A stretch of DNA of 64,000 bases from an uncultured Desulfobacter sp. GTDB lineage: Bacteria > Desulfobacterota > Desulfobacteria > Desulfobacterales > Desulfobacteraceae. The stretch covers positions 256,001-320,000 of the forward strand of contig OY762069.1 in NCBI GenBank assembly GCA_963665095.1. The letters are read 5' to 3'. Shown in pieces: positions 38,749 to 50,480 of the stretch (position 1 is the stretch's first letter; each line of letters opens with the position of its first letter). The position numbers were made by a program, and so were the translations under genes. Under the pieces are notes generated by a model. That model saw only the letters and a list, made by a program, of their open reading frames with translations. It did not search any database and had not been told where the DNA came from.

Positions 38749-38960
38749 CTATGCTTTAAACTGAATTACGGTTTTGCTGAGCCCTTTGGAGAACCTGTTT
38801 AATACATTGGTGCTGTTGTTAATCTGTAAATTTTTTTAAAAATTTTCGAAGATGCCTGATTTACGTCTGTGATGTCCCTGGCAATTTCATCTGCCAGGGC
38901 AGGGCTGTTGGTGAGATTTTTCGCTTCCGCCATGATTCCCCGGACTATTTCCATAACATT
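38749..38960 (-). pseudogene. Remnant of a methyl-accepting chemotaxis protein C-terminus
   Basis: Minus strand reads ...ADEIARDITDVNQASSKI, shifts frame, then QINNSTNVLNRFSKGLSKTVIQFKA*, matching the usual MCP tail pattern; the rest of the gene is absent. Confidence 0.55.
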
Positions 38961-39222
38961 GGGTAGTGCTTTTTTTATTTTTTCCCCGCCTGGTCATCAA
39001 CCGCTATCGCTATATCCAGGGGTGTTATCCCAACAATTTTTATTGTTTCAACAAAATAAATTGTTATTTATGTAACTCCTTATTTTAAGTGCATTTTCTT
39101 TCTATACCGCACTTCTACAACTTTTATTGTTACAACTATATTTGTACTGCCTTTGGGGCAGTTAGGGGTGTTTTGTTTATATTGTAATTATTATCAATTG
39201 GTTACCTATTGATAGAACCACC

Positions 39223-39238
39223 TGGCATAGAACGTGCT
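39223..39238 (+). promoter_or_regulatory. Putative sigma54 promoter of acs
   Basis: TGGCATAGAACGTGCT (GG-N10-GC) about 90 bp upstream of acs, with an AT-rich tract and TTGTT/AACAA palindromes further upstream. Confidence 0.6.
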
Positions 39239-39326
39239 GGGATAGATTATAGATCAATAGCATTTATTTGGTGAATGTCATTCATTCTGTTGGCTTTGCC
39301 AACCTTAACAAAAAAGGAGAATTATT

Positions 39327-41363
39327 ATGAGTGAAGAAAAACAGGCCGCAGTAGAGACAACTGAAGCGCAGATCGCAGTTCATTGGCAGGAAGAAGAGTA
39401 CTTTTATCCCTCAACCAAGTTCATTGGTCAGGCCAACCTGACAGATCCTGAAGTTTTTGACCGGTTCAGTCTTGATAATTTCCCCAATTGTTACACTGAG
39501 TTTGCCGAGCTTCTGACCTGGTATAAGTACTGGGATGAAGTGCTGGACACCAGTGACGCGCCCTGCTGGAAATGGTTTAAGGGTGGAAAGATCAATGCAA
39601 GCTATAACTGCATTGACAGGCATTTAAAGGATAATAAAAATAAAACCGCCATCCATTTTGTCCCGGAACTGGAAGATGAACGCATTGACCATATCACCTA
39701 CCAGGAGCTCTATGTCCGGGTAAATGAAATGTCGGCTATGCTAAGGGATTTTGCCCAGCTGAAAAAAGGCGACCGTGTTACCATCCATATGCCCATGAGT
39801 GCGGAACTGCCAATCACCATGCTGGCCTGCGCCCGCCTTGGCGTTATCCATTCCGTTGTGTTCGGCGGTTTTTCCGCCAGTGCCTGTGCCGACAGGATTG
39901 TTGACTCCAATTCACGGGTGCTTATCACCATGGATGCCTACTACCGGGCCGGCGGCCTTTTGAACCATAAGATCAATGCCGACGAAGCTGTGCAGCTGGC
40001 TGCCAAGGAGGGACAGAAAGTGGACAAGGTGCTTGTATGGCAGAGATACCCGGGCAAATACTCCTCAGAAACCCCCATGGTGGACGGCAGAGATTTCTTT
40101 GTCAACGAGATGGTCAAACAGTACTATGGGAAGATCATTGAACCCGAGCAGATGCTCAGTGAGGACCCGCTGTTCCTGATGTACACCAGTGGCACCACAG
40201 GCAAGCCCAAAGGCGCCCAGCACTCCACCGGCGGCTATCTTGCCTATGTCACGGCCATGAGTAAATATATCCAGGACATCCATCCCACGGATGTATACTG
40301 GTGCATGGCGGACATCGGCTGGATCACCGGCCACTCCTTTATTGTATACGGCCCTCTGGCGCTGTGCGCGTCATCGGTTATTTATGAAGGGGTTCCCACC
40401 TATCCGGATGCCGGCAGATCCTGGAGAATCGCCCAGGCACTGGATGTCAATATTTTCCATACAGCGCCCACAGCCATCCGGGCGTTAAGGAAAATCGGTC
40501 CTGATGAACCCGGCAAGTATAATTACAGCTTCAAACATATGACCACCGTAGGCGAGCCCATTGAGCCAGAAGTATGGAGATGGTATCAGTCGGTTGTCGG
40601 CCGGGGTGAGGCTGCCATTGTGGACACCTGGTGGCAGACGGAAACCGGCGGCTTTCTGTGCAGCACCGTGCCGGGCATCAGCCCCATGAAACCGGGCAGT
40701 GCAGGGCCGGGCGTTCCGGGCATTCATCCCATTATTTATGATGACGCAGGCAATGAGATCAAAGAAGCAGGCATTGCCGGTAATGTCTGCATCCAGAATC
40801 CGTGGCCCGGCCTGATGCAGACGATCTGGGGCGATAAACAGCGCTTTATTGACACCTATTATGCAAAATTCTGTAAAGATCCCCAAAGCAAAGACTGGCG
40901 TGACTGGCCCTATGTGGCCGGTGATGCTGCCATGCGGGCCGAAGACGGCTATTACCGGATTCTGGGCAGGATTGACGACGTGATTAATGTCTCCGGTCAT
41001 CGCCTGGGCACCAAGGAGATTGAGTCCGCAGCCATGGTGGTTGAAGAGGTGGCGGAAGCGGCCGTTGTGCCGGTTGCCCATGAAATCAAAGGCAAGGAGC
41101 CCGATCTGTATATATCCCTGAAACCGGGTGTTGCTCCCACCGAGGAGATGGCCAGGAAAATATCAGATATGGTATGCACTCAGATCGGCAAAATCGCCAA
41201 ACCCAGAAAAGTATGGCTCGTGCCGGATATGCCTAAAACCCGTTCCGGTAAGATCATGCGCCGGGTCCTTGGCGCCATTTCAAACAAGGGAGATGTCGGC
41301 AACGTCATGACGCTTGCCAATCCTGAAATTGTGGAAGAAATCCGGCAGATGGTTCAGAACTGA
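39327..41363 (+). CDS. acs: Acetate--CoA ligase (AMP-forming)
   Basis: YTSGTTGKPKG, ADIGWITGHS, VGEPI, DTWWQTETG, GRIDDV, PKTRSGKIMRR. Confidence 0.96.
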   Translation: MSEEKQAAVETTEAQIAVHWQEEEYFYPSTKFIGQANLTDPEVFDRFSLDNFPNCYTEFAELLTWYKYWDEVLDTSDAPCWKWFKGGKINASYNCIDRHLKDNKNKTAIHFVPELEDERIDHITYQELYVRVNEMSAMLRDFAQLKKGDRVTIHMPMSAELPITMLACARLGVIHSVVFGGFSASACADRIVDSNSRVLITMDAYYRAGGLLNHKINADEAVQLAAKEGQKVDKVLVWQRYPGKYSSETPMVDGRDFFVNEMVKQYYGKIIEPEQMLSEDPLFLMYTSGTTGKPKGAQHSTGGYLAYVTAMSKYIQDIHPTDVYWCMADIGWITGHSFIVYGPLALCASSVIYEGVPTYPDAGRSWRIAQALDVNIFHTAPTAIRALRKIGPDEPGKYNYSFKHMTTVGEPIEPEVWRWYQSVVGRGEAAIVDTWWQTETGGFLCSTVPGISPMKPGSAGPGVPGIHPIIYDDAGNEIKEAGIAGNVCIQNPWPGLMQTIWGDKQRFIDTYYAKFCKDPQSKDWRDWPYVAGDAAMRAEDGYYRILGRIDDVINVSGHRLGTKEIESAAMVVEEVAEAAVVPVAHEIKGKEPDLYISLKPGVAPTEEMARKISDMVCTQIGKIAKPRKVWLVPDMPKTRSGKIMRRVLGAISNKGDVGNVMTLANPEIVEEIRQMVQN

Positions 41364-41378
41364 TTTTTTTAAAAAATA

Positions 41379-41410
41379 TCCGGGAGCTGGCCGATATCAC
41401 GGCTCCCGGA
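41379..41410 (+). other. Intercistronic hairpin between acs and the MFS gene
   Basis: TCCGGGAGC...GCTCCCGGA inverted repeat without a U tract. Confidence 0.5.
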
Positions 41411-41452
41411 ATTAAAAGCTTTCCCCATAATAATCAAAAAAGGAGCTTTGTT

Positions 41453-42775
41453 ATGACATTACAAACCATCACCGAGCCTTCCGACAATCAAGTCGATGAA
41501 AAAGTGCCGACTCAGGCATGGATCACCACTTTTTCAGGCACGGCCGTCAACTTGTGCCTCGGCATTTTATATGCCTGGAGTATCTGGAAGTCCGCATTGG
41601 TCAACGTGGATATTGCCGGCCAGGCTATGACCGGCATAAATGAAGGCTGGACCTATCTGACAAATGCCCAGGCCGCAACACCGTATTCTCTGTGCGCCAT
41701 CATATTTGCGGTGTTTATGATCCCGGGCGGTAAAATTCAGGACAAAATCAGCCCGAAATTCGGTGCCACAGTGGGCGGCCTGCTGCTGGCCATCGGCTGT
41801 ATCCTGGCTGGCTACATGAAGAGCTACACCGGCCTGATACTTGGCTTCGGTGTTCTTGGCGGTGCCGGTATGGGCATCGGTTATGCCGCACCAACCCCTG
41901 CGGCCCTTAAGTGGTTCGGCCCGGAAAAACGCGGGCTGATCGCGGGCCTGGTGGTAGGCGGGTATGGCGGAGCAGCTCTTTACATCGGTTATCTGGGACA
42001 GTATTTAATTAAAGCCTACGGCATTTCAGGCAGTTTTTATGCCCTGGGCACCCTTTTCTGTATTGTGGTTGTCATTGCCGGGCAGATGCTAAAAACCCCG
42101 CCGGAAGGGTATACGCCGCCAATGTCAGCAAAACAGGCCGCTGCCCAGACAAATATGGCAACAGAAAAAACCCATGACTGGGAAGCCGGAGACGTTTTGA
42201 AAACCTGGCAGCTCTATGCCCTGATATTCATGTTCATTCTTACCACCCAGTCCGGTCTTCTGATCATCAGCAGTGCCAAAGGTCTGATGGTAACAACGGC
42301 AAAGGGCATGCCCTTTTTTGTAGCCAATGCCTGGCTTCTGGTCTCCTTCGGCGGCCTGGTCAATGCCTCGGGCCGGGTGGGAACCGGATGGTATTCCGAC
42401 CGGATCGGCCGGTTGAATGCCTATTGCATTAACTGCGGTGTTTCCGCACTCTGCCTGTTTTCTCTGCCCTATGTCATTTCCACCCAGAACCTTTTGCTGC
42501 TCTTCATCGTGGTGGGAATTGCCTACTGGCAGTATGGCGGCGGTCTGGCCCTCATGCCTTCCTTTACGGCTGATTTCTTCGGTGCAAAGAACTTAGGATT
42601 TAACTATGGTCTGGTATTTATCGGCTGGGGTTGCGGCGTATTTATCGCCAGAATCGGCGGCTGGATTCAGGACGTCACCGGCAGCCTGGACAATGCGTTT
42701 TATCTGTCAGGGGGCCTGCTCGTCGTGGGCGTTATCCTGGCGAAAATGACCAAGAAACCGGTTTATAAAGGATAA
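41453..42775 (+). CDS. OFA-family (OxlT-like) MFS transporter, probable monocarboxylate carrier
   Basis: About 12 TM; GILYAWS, GKIQDK, GMGIGY, KWFGPEKRG, GWYSDRIGR, FFGAKNLGFNYG. Confidence 0.88.
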   Translation: MTLQTITEPSDNQVDEKVPTQAWITTFSGTAVNLCLGILYAWSIWKSALVNVDIAGQAMTGINEGWTYLTNAQAATPYSLCAIIFAVFMIPGGKIQDKISPKFGATVGGLLLAIGCILAGYMKSYTGLILGFGVLGGAGMGIGYAAPTPAALKWFGPEKRGLIAGLVVGGYGGAALYIGYLGQYLIKAYGISGSFYALGTLFCIVVVIAGQMLKTPPEGYTPPMSAKQAAAQTNMATEKTHDWEAGDVLKTWQLYALIFMFILTTQSGLLIISSAKGLMVTTAKGMPFFVANAWLLVSFGGLVNASGRVGTGWYSDRIGRLNAYCINCGVSALCLFSLPYVISTQNLLLLFIVVGIAYWQYGGGLALMPSFTADFFGAKNLGFNYGLVFIGWGCGVFIARIGGWIQDVTGSLDNAFYLSGGLLVVGVILAKMTKKPVYKG

Positions 42776-42832
42776 GTGTATGCTTTCCTGATTTCTTTCT
42801 TCTCAAAGAGATCGTAGACTTTCGTAACAACT

Positions 42833-42874
42833 AAGGCGGCTGTTCCTGCAGAATATGCAGAGACAGCCGCCTTT
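42833..42874 (+). terminator. Putative terminator after the MFS gene
   Basis: AAGGCGGCTGT...ACAGCCGCCTTT hairpin. Confidence 0.65.
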
Positions 42875-42963
42875 CAAAGTTGGTCAATTCCGTCCAACGT
42901 ATTGGTTTCCAACGCTGCAATGTCCTGCCCCCCTTATACGAAGAGAAAAAAAGGTTGCCCATC

Positions 42964-42979
42964 TGGCACGACACTGGCT
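42964..42979 (+). promoter_or_regulatory. Possible sigma54 promoter of the hybrid kinase
   Basis: TGGCACGACACTGGCT: perfect -24 element and GG-N10-GC spacing. Confidence 0.45.
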
Positions 42980-43051
42980 ATGATAAAAAATTAACCCCTT
43001 TTACCTTTAAGACCGGTCAGATATTTTCCTGGACATGGGAGGGTATGTGAT

Positions 43052-46000
43052 GTGACAGCACTGGAGTATATAATGCATTTGCCAGCCCTGTATTTTTTTT
43101 GTTCATTGATTCTGTATAGCTGTCTGTACCCTGGCAATGCCTGTGCCCACATCCCGCCCATGGCTGACAAGGCGCAACTGGAGGATAGGGTTTGGGGGGA
43201 GGAAACACTTACCTTACTTGAGCGGCAGTGGCTTAAAAGCCATCCCGTGATACGGATCGGCGTCCACCCCAATGTGCCCCCCTTTGAATTTATTGACGAC
43301 CAGGGCCGCTACCATGGTATTACCCCGGAATATTTACGCCTTATTTCAGATCGGCTTCAGGTGACGTTTCAGCCGGAGTATAAAAAGGACGGCACCCCGT
43401 ATGCCTGGGACGAGGTTCTGGCGGCCGGTCGCCGCAGGGAACTGGACCTTATTCCCTGTATAGTGAAGACCGAAAGTCGTGATTTCCTGGAATTTACCCG
43501 TTCATATATGGATTTCCCCTGGGTTGTCATCACCCGTGAGGACCATAAGAAATCCGGGGATCTGTCCTATTTTGCCCGGGAGAAAGAGACCGTGGGGATT
43601 GTAAAATCCTATCCCCTTCACGAAGAGTTGGCAGACCGATATCCCGGCCTTAAGATCATTCCGGTTAAAGACTCCTTTCAGGGCCTGACCAAGGTGGCAC
43701 AAGGCCGGATGAATGCGTTCATCGATATTGCCGCCGTTACCGTGTATCTGATGAAAAAGCACGGTCTTAAGCAGTTGAAAATTGCCGGCTCTTTAAAGGA
43801 ATATGATACCATGCTGCGCATGGGAGTCAGATCAGACTGGCCGATTCTTGTGACCATTCTTAACAAAGCAATCGATTCTTTGACCCCGGAAGAGCAGGCT
43901 GTGATTCACAATCGCTGGGTCTCCGTTGAACTGACATCACAGATCAACTGGAAAAAGATTGCCACAGTGGTACTGCCCGTTATCCTGTTGGGGCTGGCTA
44001 TTCTCATGGTGATCCTGGCTGCCAACCGGCGTTTGAAAAAAGAGGTTCTGCTGCGGCGTCACGCAGAAGATGAGTTTCGCATCATTGCCGATTACACCTA
44101 TGGGGCGGAAAGTCTTCATGATGAATGCGGGAAGCTGCGCTGGGTAAGCCGGGCCGTGGAAGGTGTGACCGGATATACCGCACAGGAGTGCATGCAGATG
44201 CCTGATTATCCGGTGCCCATTATTATTGCCGATGATCTCCCCAAGTGGCAGGATGTCTGCCAGGCCGCCATGGACAACAGGGCAGGCAGTGATATCAGGG
44301 TCACTATACTGCGAAAAGACGGGGCCAGGCGTCAGGTCGCGTTATTCTGGAATCCTGTTTTCAGGAAAGACGATGAATTTTACGGTTTCCGCGTCAGCAC
44401 CTTTGATATTACAGACAGGCTTAAGGCTGAAGAGGCAATACGAAAAGGTGAGGAGCGTTTTCGTTTTATTCTGCTGGCTGCCGGAGCTGTTTACTGGCAG
44501 TATGACTGGGTCAAAAACCGGTTTATTTATGAACCCCTTCAATTCTTTACCCATTACGGGTATTCCCAGGAGGAAATTCCTGAAACCATAGAGGCACTTT
44601 ATGACCTGATGCATCCGGATGACCGGGAAAAGGTGGCCCTGGTTATCCGGAAACACGCCCGGGGCGACACGTTTTTCAGGGTTGACTACCGAATTGAAAA
44701 CAAGCTGACCAATGGCTACATCTGGCTGAATTCCTCCGGCAGACTGCTGGAAAAGGGTGCAGATGGCAGGTTTTCCATGACAGCCGGTCTTACCGTGGAT
44801 ATCACAGAACGACAGCACTTGCTTGAACAGATCCGGCAATCCCAGGAACGCTTAAGGGTCCTGGCTGAGCATACCCATGACTGGCAGACATGGCGCAGCC
44901 TTGACGGTGAATTGCTCTGGGTGAATAAGGCCATGGAGCGTATCTCCGGATACTCGATTGATGAGTACAAGGCCATGGGAGACAGTATTGTTGAGATTAT
45001 TGATGAGCGAGACCGGGAACGTTTCATTGAACACCTCCGGCGGGCGTCCCAGGGAGAGGCCGGGCAGCAGTGCCATGTGCGGTTTCATCGTAAGGATGGG
45101 ACTATAGCCTGGGTGTCGGTGGTGTTTGAGCCTGTTTTTGGCAAGGATGGGCAGATTATCGGAATTGCCAGTTCTGCAAAGGATATCACCGATCAAAGGG
45201 CGGCTGAACAGGAGTTGCGGTTGATGTCCAAGGTATTTGAAAACGCTGCCGATCCCATACAGATCCAGGATTTAAAGGGCCGGATCATAAACATGAATGA
45301 AACCTCCGTGAACATGTATGGATATTCCAGGGAAGAGGTTCTTGGCCAGCATGTCTCCATGCTTGTGGGGGAAGATACAATGCCGCGTGCCCGGGAGTTG
45401 TTTCATCGCTGCCTGAACGGGGAGATTATCCGTAATGTTGACTGGGAACGTAAAGGGAAAGACGGTAAGATCTATCCTTTACTGCTGACCATGTCCCTTT
45501 TAAAGGATGATGATGACAACCCCATTGCCGTGGCATCCATTGGGAAGGATATCAGTGATCTTAAAGAAGCTGAGAATAAACTGAAAGCATATAAGGACCA
45601 CCTTGAGGAGCTCGTGGAGAAGCGCACTGCAGAGCTGGTAAAGGCCATGCAGATGGTTCAGGCGGCTTCCAAAGTAAAAAGTGAGTTTTTGGCCAATATG
45701 AGCCATGAGATCCGCACCCCGCTCAATGCCATCATCGGGTTTTCCCATCTGGCAACCCAGACCCGGCTGGACGCCCACCAGCATGATCTGCTTGAAAAAA
45801 TTCAGAACAGTTCAACCATCCTTCTGGGGGTTATCAACGATATCCTTGATGTCAGTAAGATTGATGCCGGAAAGCTGGAGCTTGAGTCCACCACCTTTGA
45901 TCTGGATGAAGTGCTGAACAATGTGTCAAGCCTGGTGAGCCTTAAAGCCCGGGAAAAAGGGCTGGAGGTAATTCTGGATATTGAACCGGACACCTCCCAT

Positions 46001-47893
46001 ATGCTCGTTGGTGATCCCTTAAGGCTTGCCCAGATCCTGACCAACCTTGCCAATAATGCCGTGAAATTTACGGACAAAGGCCGGGTGGTCATGGGGTGCA
46101 GGGCCCGGAGCAGTGAAGCTGAACTGGTTGAACTGGAGTTTTTTGTCAGGGACAGTGGTATCGGATTAAGCCGGGAGCAGCAGAACAATCTGTTCCAGGC
46201 CTTTTCCCAGGTAGATACCTCCACCACCCGTAAATACGGAGGCACAGGGCTTGGGCTTTACATTACCAAGACGCTTGTGGAGATGATGGGCGGCCGGATC
46301 TGGGTGGATAGTGAACCGGGCCATGGCGCCACGTTTTTCTTCACTGTGTGGCTGCACACGACCCAGGATACCTCACTGCTTCCTGCACAGTCCGGTGCCA
46401 GGGACAGCCAGGGCCGGATTCTGCTGGTGGAGGATGACCCTTTATGCCGCAGAAGCATGAAGCGGGTGCTTGCCGCCATGTACTTCCGGGTTACGCCCAT
46501 GGATAATGCCCAGGCCGGTCTTGAGGAACTTGAAAGTGCCCTGGCGCAGGATCCCTATGATCTGGTTATGATGAACTGGAATATGCCGGGCATGGACGGC
46601 CTTGAGGCGTTTAAGAAAATAAGACACACGCTGAACCTGCCCTTGCCCTTTATTCTCATGATGTCTGTGTTTGACCGGGAAGACTTGGGAGAAAAGATTG
46701 ATAAAATTAAAATTGACGGATCTCTGGTGAAACCGGCGACCCCGTCGGCAATCCTTGATACCGTGATGACGGCCCTTGGCAGACAGTACGTTGCAACGCA
46801 CATTGCCTCACGCCTGTATGAGAACCTGCCCCCTGTTGAGGCCATTGCCGGTGCAAAACTTCTTGTGGTGGAGGACAACGAGATCAACCAGGAGGTGATC
46901 CAGGGGCTGCTGGAAAACCATGGATTTGTCGTCAGTCTCGCCGATAACGGGAAAAAAGCCTTGGCCGCCCTTGAAGAAAACAGCTATGACGCGGTGCTTA
47001 TGGATATTAATATGCCCGAGATGGACGGGTACACCGCCTGCCGGAAGATCAGAGAAAATATGAGCTTCAAATTTTTGCCCATTATTGCCACCACCGCCAA
47101 TGCCATGGCCGGCGACCGGCAGAAAGCGCTGGATGCCGGAATGAATGATCATGTGGCCAAACCCATTGATTTAAGAAATCTGTTGACTGTGCTGCGCCGG
47201 TGGATTGCCCCTGCCGGTAATGAGACACAGAGTCCAAAGGAGATGGGCCGGTCTGACAAGCGCAGCCCCTCCACATCTCTGGGGCTTGATACGCTGCCGG
47301 GCATTAATTTACAAGCCGGACTTGAGCGTCTGGGCGGGGATATTGCCCTGTACCGGGAGATCCTTCGAAAGTTTGCCTTAAATCAGGCCGGGGTGGCTGA
47401 GGAACTTCGAAAGGCACTGGAAACGGGGGATATTGAAACGGCCCGGGTACTGTCTCACACCATTAAAGGGGTGGCCGGAAATATCAGCGCAGACAAACTG
47501 TTCGTGGCTGCGGCCAAACTGGACAGGTCGTTGAGAAGCCAGAATATAGAAAGAGCGCTGGAACAGCTGCCGGTTTTTGCCTATCACCTGGAACGTATTG
47601 TCAACAGTGTTAAAGCCCTTGAAAACAACAATTCAAATAGTGCAGAAAATGATGGCGGTCTGGATTCGTTCGGTAAAATCAATTCGTTACTGGAATCACT
47701 GGCCCGTATGCTCAAGGCGAATGATACCGCAGCAAGGTCTGTCATGCAGGCGCTATCCGGACACTTTAAAGATCCTGCCGTTGAAAAGATATATGACCGG
47801 TTGGCCGGCCAGGTGAGCAGTTACGAATTTGAAGAGGCGAAAAAGAGCCTTGATACACTTTGCAGCATACTTGACATCAGGATTGAAAGGTGA
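43052..47893 (+). CDS. Hybrid sensor histidine kinase (periplasmic binding domain, about 4 PAS, HisKA, HATPase, 2 REC, Hpt)
   Basis: BvgS-like PBP N-terminus, one TM, PAS repeats, [36 protein letters not shown]; start uncertain. Confidence 0.93.
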   Translation: MTALEYIMHLPALYFFCSLILYSCLYPGNACAHIPPMADKAQLEDRVWGEETLTLLERQWLKSHPVIRIGVHPNVPPFEFIDDQGRYHGITPEYLRLISDRLQVTFQPEYKKDGTPYAWDEVLAAGRRRELDLIPCIVKTESRDFLEFTRSYMDFPWVVITREDHKKSGDLSYFAREKETVGIVKSYPLHEELADRYPGLKIIPVKDSFQGLTKVAQGRMNAFIDIAAVTVYLMKKHGLKQLKIAGSLKEYDTMLRMGVRSDWPILVTILNKAIDSLTPEEQAVIHNRWVSVELTSQINWKKIATVVLPVILLGLAILMVILAANRRLKKEVLLRRHAEDEFRIIADYTYGAESLHDECGKLRWVSRAVEGVTGYTAQECMQMPDYPVPIIIADDLPKWQDVCQAAMDNRAGSDIRVTILRKDGARRQVALFWNPVFRKDDEFYGFRVSTFDITDRLKAEEAIRKGEERFRFILLAAGAVYWQYDWVKNRFIYEPLQFFTHYGYSQEEIPETIEALYDLMHPDDREKVALVIRKHARGDTFFRVDYRIENKLTNGYIWLNSSGRLLEKGADGRFSMTAGLTVDITERQHLLEQIRQSQERLRVLAEHTHDWQTWRSLDGELLWVNKAMERISGYSIDEYKAMGDSIVEIIDERDRERFIEHLRRASQGEAGQQCHVRFHRKDGTIAWVSVVFEPVFGKDGQIIGIASSAKDITDQRAAEQELRLMSKVFENAADPIQIQDLKGRIINMNETSVNMYGYSREEVLGQHVSMLVGEDTMPRARELFHRCLNGEIIRNVDWERKGKDGKIYPLLLTMSLLKDDDDNPIAVASIGKDISDLKEAENKLKAYKDHLEELVEKRTAELVKAMQMVQAASKVKSEFLANMSHEIRTPLNAIIGFSHLATQTRLDAHQHDLLEKIQNSSTILLGVINDILDVSKIDAGKLELESTTFDLDEVLNNVSSLVSLKAREKGLEVILDIEPDTSHMLVGDPLRLAQILTNLANNAVKFTDKGRVVMGCRARSSEAELVELEFFVRDSGIGLSREQQNNLFQAFSQVDTSTTRKYGGTGLGLYITKTLVEMMGGRIWVDSEPGHGATFFFTVWLHTTQDTSLLPAQSGARDSQGRILLVEDDPLCRRSMKRVLAAMYFRVTPMDNAQAGLEELESALAQDPYDLVMMNWNMPGMDGLEAFKKIRHTLNLPLPFILMMSVFDREDLGEKIDKIKIDGSLVKPATPSAILDTVMTALGRQYVATHIASRLYENLPPVEAIAGAKLLVVEDNEINQEVIQGLLENHGFVVSLADNGKKALAALEENSYDAVLMDINMPEMDGYTACRKIRENMSFKFLPIIATTANAMAGDRQKALDAGMNDHVAKPIDLRNLLTVLRRWIAPAGNETQSPKEMGRSDKRSPSTSLGLDTLPGINLQAGLERLGGDIALYREILRKFALNQAGVAEELRKALETGDIETARVLSHTIKGVAGNISADKLFVAAAKLDRSLRSQNIERALEQLPVFAYHLERIVNSVKALENNNSNSAENDGGLDSFGKINSLLESLARMLKANDTAARSVMQALSGHFKDPAVEKIYDRLAGQVSSYEFEEAKKSLDTLCSILDIRIER

Positions 47894-47896
47894 CCC

Positions 47897-49003
47897 ATGA
47901 CCCATGATAAAAGAGTTGTTCTTGTGGTCGACGACACAGCTGAAAATATCGATGTGCTGGTGGGAACATTGCAGAACCAGTACCGGATCAAAGCCGCACT
48001 CAACGGCAAGAAGGCGTTGGAAATCGCCCGGGGGGAGGACCCGCCGGATATCATCCTGCTTGATATTATGATGCCGGGAATGGATGGCTACCAGGTGGCG
48101 CAGGCCCTGAAGGAGGATCCGAAAACAGCCAATATCCCCATTATTTTCGTCACGGCCATGGATGAAATGGAAAATGAGAAAAAAGGGTTTGAGTCAGGCG
48201 CTGTGGACTACATTCTTAAACCTGTCAGCCCGCCCATTGTCAGAGCCCGGGTAAACACACACCTGGAACTGAAAATGCACCGGGATCACCTGGAAGAGAT
48301 GATCCACCTGCGGACAAAGGAGTTGGAACTGACCCGTGAAGTCACTATCTCAAGTCTTGCGTCTCTGGCTGAAACCCGTGATAATGAAACCGGCGGCCAT
48401 ATCCGCCGCACCCAGTTTTACGTTAAAATTCTGGCAGAAACGCTTCAGTCGAATCCTGCATTTTCGCCTTTTTTAGATGACACAACCGTGGGCCTTCTTT
48501 ACAAATCAGCACCACTGCATGATGTCGGCAAGGTCGGCGTTCCTGACGCCATCCTGCTCAAACCCGGAAAACTTAACGATGACGAGTTTGAGGTGATGAA
48601 GAAACACACCGAGTTCGGCCGTGACACTATCCTGCGGGCCGAAGAGGGTATGGGGCATGAGCATGTGAGCGGGTTTTTGCGGTTTGCCCGGGAGATTGCC
48701 TATTCCCATCATGAAAAATGGGATGGAACCGGGTATCCTTTAGGGCTGACGGGACGGGAAATTCCTCTGCCCGGACGAATCATGGCAGTGGCCGATGTCT
48801 ACGATGCCCTGATCAGCCGAAGGGTTTATAAACCGCCCTTTTCCCATGCCAAAGCCAGGGGCATTATTCTGGAAGGCAGCGGTGCCCATTTTGACCCGGA
48901 TATCATCGACGCCTTCATGGCCCGGGAGGAAGGTTTCAGGCAGATTGCCCTTGAGTTTGCCGATCACGAGGAGGAACGCATTCTTTTGCAGCAAAAGGAT
49001 TAA
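47897..49003 (+). CDS. REC + HD-GYP cyclic-di-GMP phosphodiesterase (RpfG-like)
   Basis: LLDIMMP; ETGGH, LHDVGK, HHEKWDGTGYP, ADVYDAL. Confidence 0.94.
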   Translation: MTHDKRVVLVVDDTAENIDVLVGTLQNQYRIKAALNGKKALEIARGEDPPDIILLDIMMPGMDGYQVAQALKEDPKTANIPIIFVTAMDEMENEKKGFESGAVDYILKPVSPPIVRARVNTHLELKMHRDHLEEMIHLRTKELELTREVTISSLASLAETRDNETGGHIRRTQFYVKILAETLQSNPAFSPFLDDTTVGLLYKSAPLHDVGKVGVPDAILLKPGKLNDDEFEVMKKHTEFGRDTILRAEEGMGHEHVSGFLRFAREIAYSHHEKWDGTGYPLGLTGREIPLPGRIMAVADVYDALISRRVYKPPFSHAKARGIILEGSGAHFDPDIIDAFMAREEGFRQIALEFADHEEERILLQQKD

Positions 49004-49807
49004 TTTCTCCAGAAAGTGCTGGTATTTTTGCCTGCCTTTTTGGATTCATAAAGGGCCATGTCCGCTCTTTTGAATCACTCCCCGAAGTCTTTGGCTGGCT
49101 CAACATCCATGGCAATGCCGATGCTGACTGAAATACGGGTATGGGCAAACTGCCGGGCGAGCTGTGTATTGAAGTTGATCAAAAAAGACAGGTTTTCTTT
49201 TTATTCAGGACCACCACTTCCGACGCCAGGCAGATATATTCCCCCTTGGCATATTCGTCCGGTTCAAGGTCCCAGATATAGTAGTGCCCCCGGCCTTCGA
49301 CCATGGCCTTGGTTTTATTGACAGCCCGGCAAAAGCTGTTGTTGACTTTCACATGGGAGCCGCGTGCATCCTTGAACCAGATCAGGTCGGGCAGACTGTC
49401 TATGAGCGTGTCCAGATATCGCCGGTTCAGTATTAAATCCTCCTGTTCCTTTATATGTTTCAGAATCCTGGAAAAGGAAGCGCACACCTTGCTTTGGGTA
49501 AACGGTTTAACCCAGACCTGTTCAAAAAGATGGTAATTGTCGGCAAGAGCTGTAAAATTATTCGTTGAGAAACAGCCGATCACAACAGCGTTCTCCTCTT
49601 TGGCCAGAAAAATGTCCCCCAGGGACCCGGGATCAACCATGTCAAAATCAAGTATGATGATCCCGCATTGTTTCAGGTCGGCAAGTGTGATTTCCTGCCG
49701 GCTGAAAATCGATGGGCAAAATTGTCCATCGGTGGTACACCTTGAAGAAACATTTCCAGTTCAGAGTGCTGTGCTGCAATATAAATGTCTACTCTCCGGT
49801 GGTACAT
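49000..49807 (-). pseudogene. Decayed PAS-GGDEF diguanylate cyclase gene
   Basis: AAGGAG RBS + ATG 49807 (MYHRRVDIYIAAQ...); frameshift near 49700; PAS segment DSLPDLIWFKDARG...VNNSFC; jump at about 49180 to a GGDEF tail SVSIGIA...*FKRADMALYESKKAGKN with an internal stop; the GGDEF core is missing. Confidence 0.8.
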
Positions 49808-50480
49808 GCCCGGCTCCTTGGCCTATGGAAATGACGGAACGTTATTTTGTATTTTACATATAAACTGAAAAGATGGCCATGGTTTAATCAAAGAATCAAG
49901 AAATGAAACATGGCTCAGATAATGGCGGTTATTTCATTGCACAGCATCATGTGCAGTTCGCACCTGCATATCCAAAGCAGTGATCGCTGAAACAGGGAAA
50001 AACAAGGCGGGTTCCCTAAGGCATTGCACAGAAATAAATTATGCAGATTGCGCCGAATTTTTATTCGTATTTAAGGCGGGGCAATGCGCGCATAACGAGC
50101 TATGTAAGTGTTGCCCCAACGAAAAATACGGATAAAAAGGCAAGCAAGATGTGTGATTTATTTTTTTGCAATGCCTAAGGGCCGCTATAAAAGAACGGTG
50201 ACCAACTGGACCGCAGTTTTTGCCGTTTAAAGGCGTACGTTTATCATTGACTCTGCAGAATGAAAGGTATAAGAGCAGGAGATGATGATAAAAATGATCA
50301 TATATCATCAGTAGCTTACAATCCATACCCGCACGTAACCCGGAACTGAAATATTGTAAGACCCCCCAAAAAAATGTTATTTTGTCTGTCAATCCACAGC
50401 CGGCTCAAACCTGTAAAACCGCCATCTCTAAAGTTCCGGCATTTGCTGATTTTATTCAACACCAACACCAAGGAGACCCC

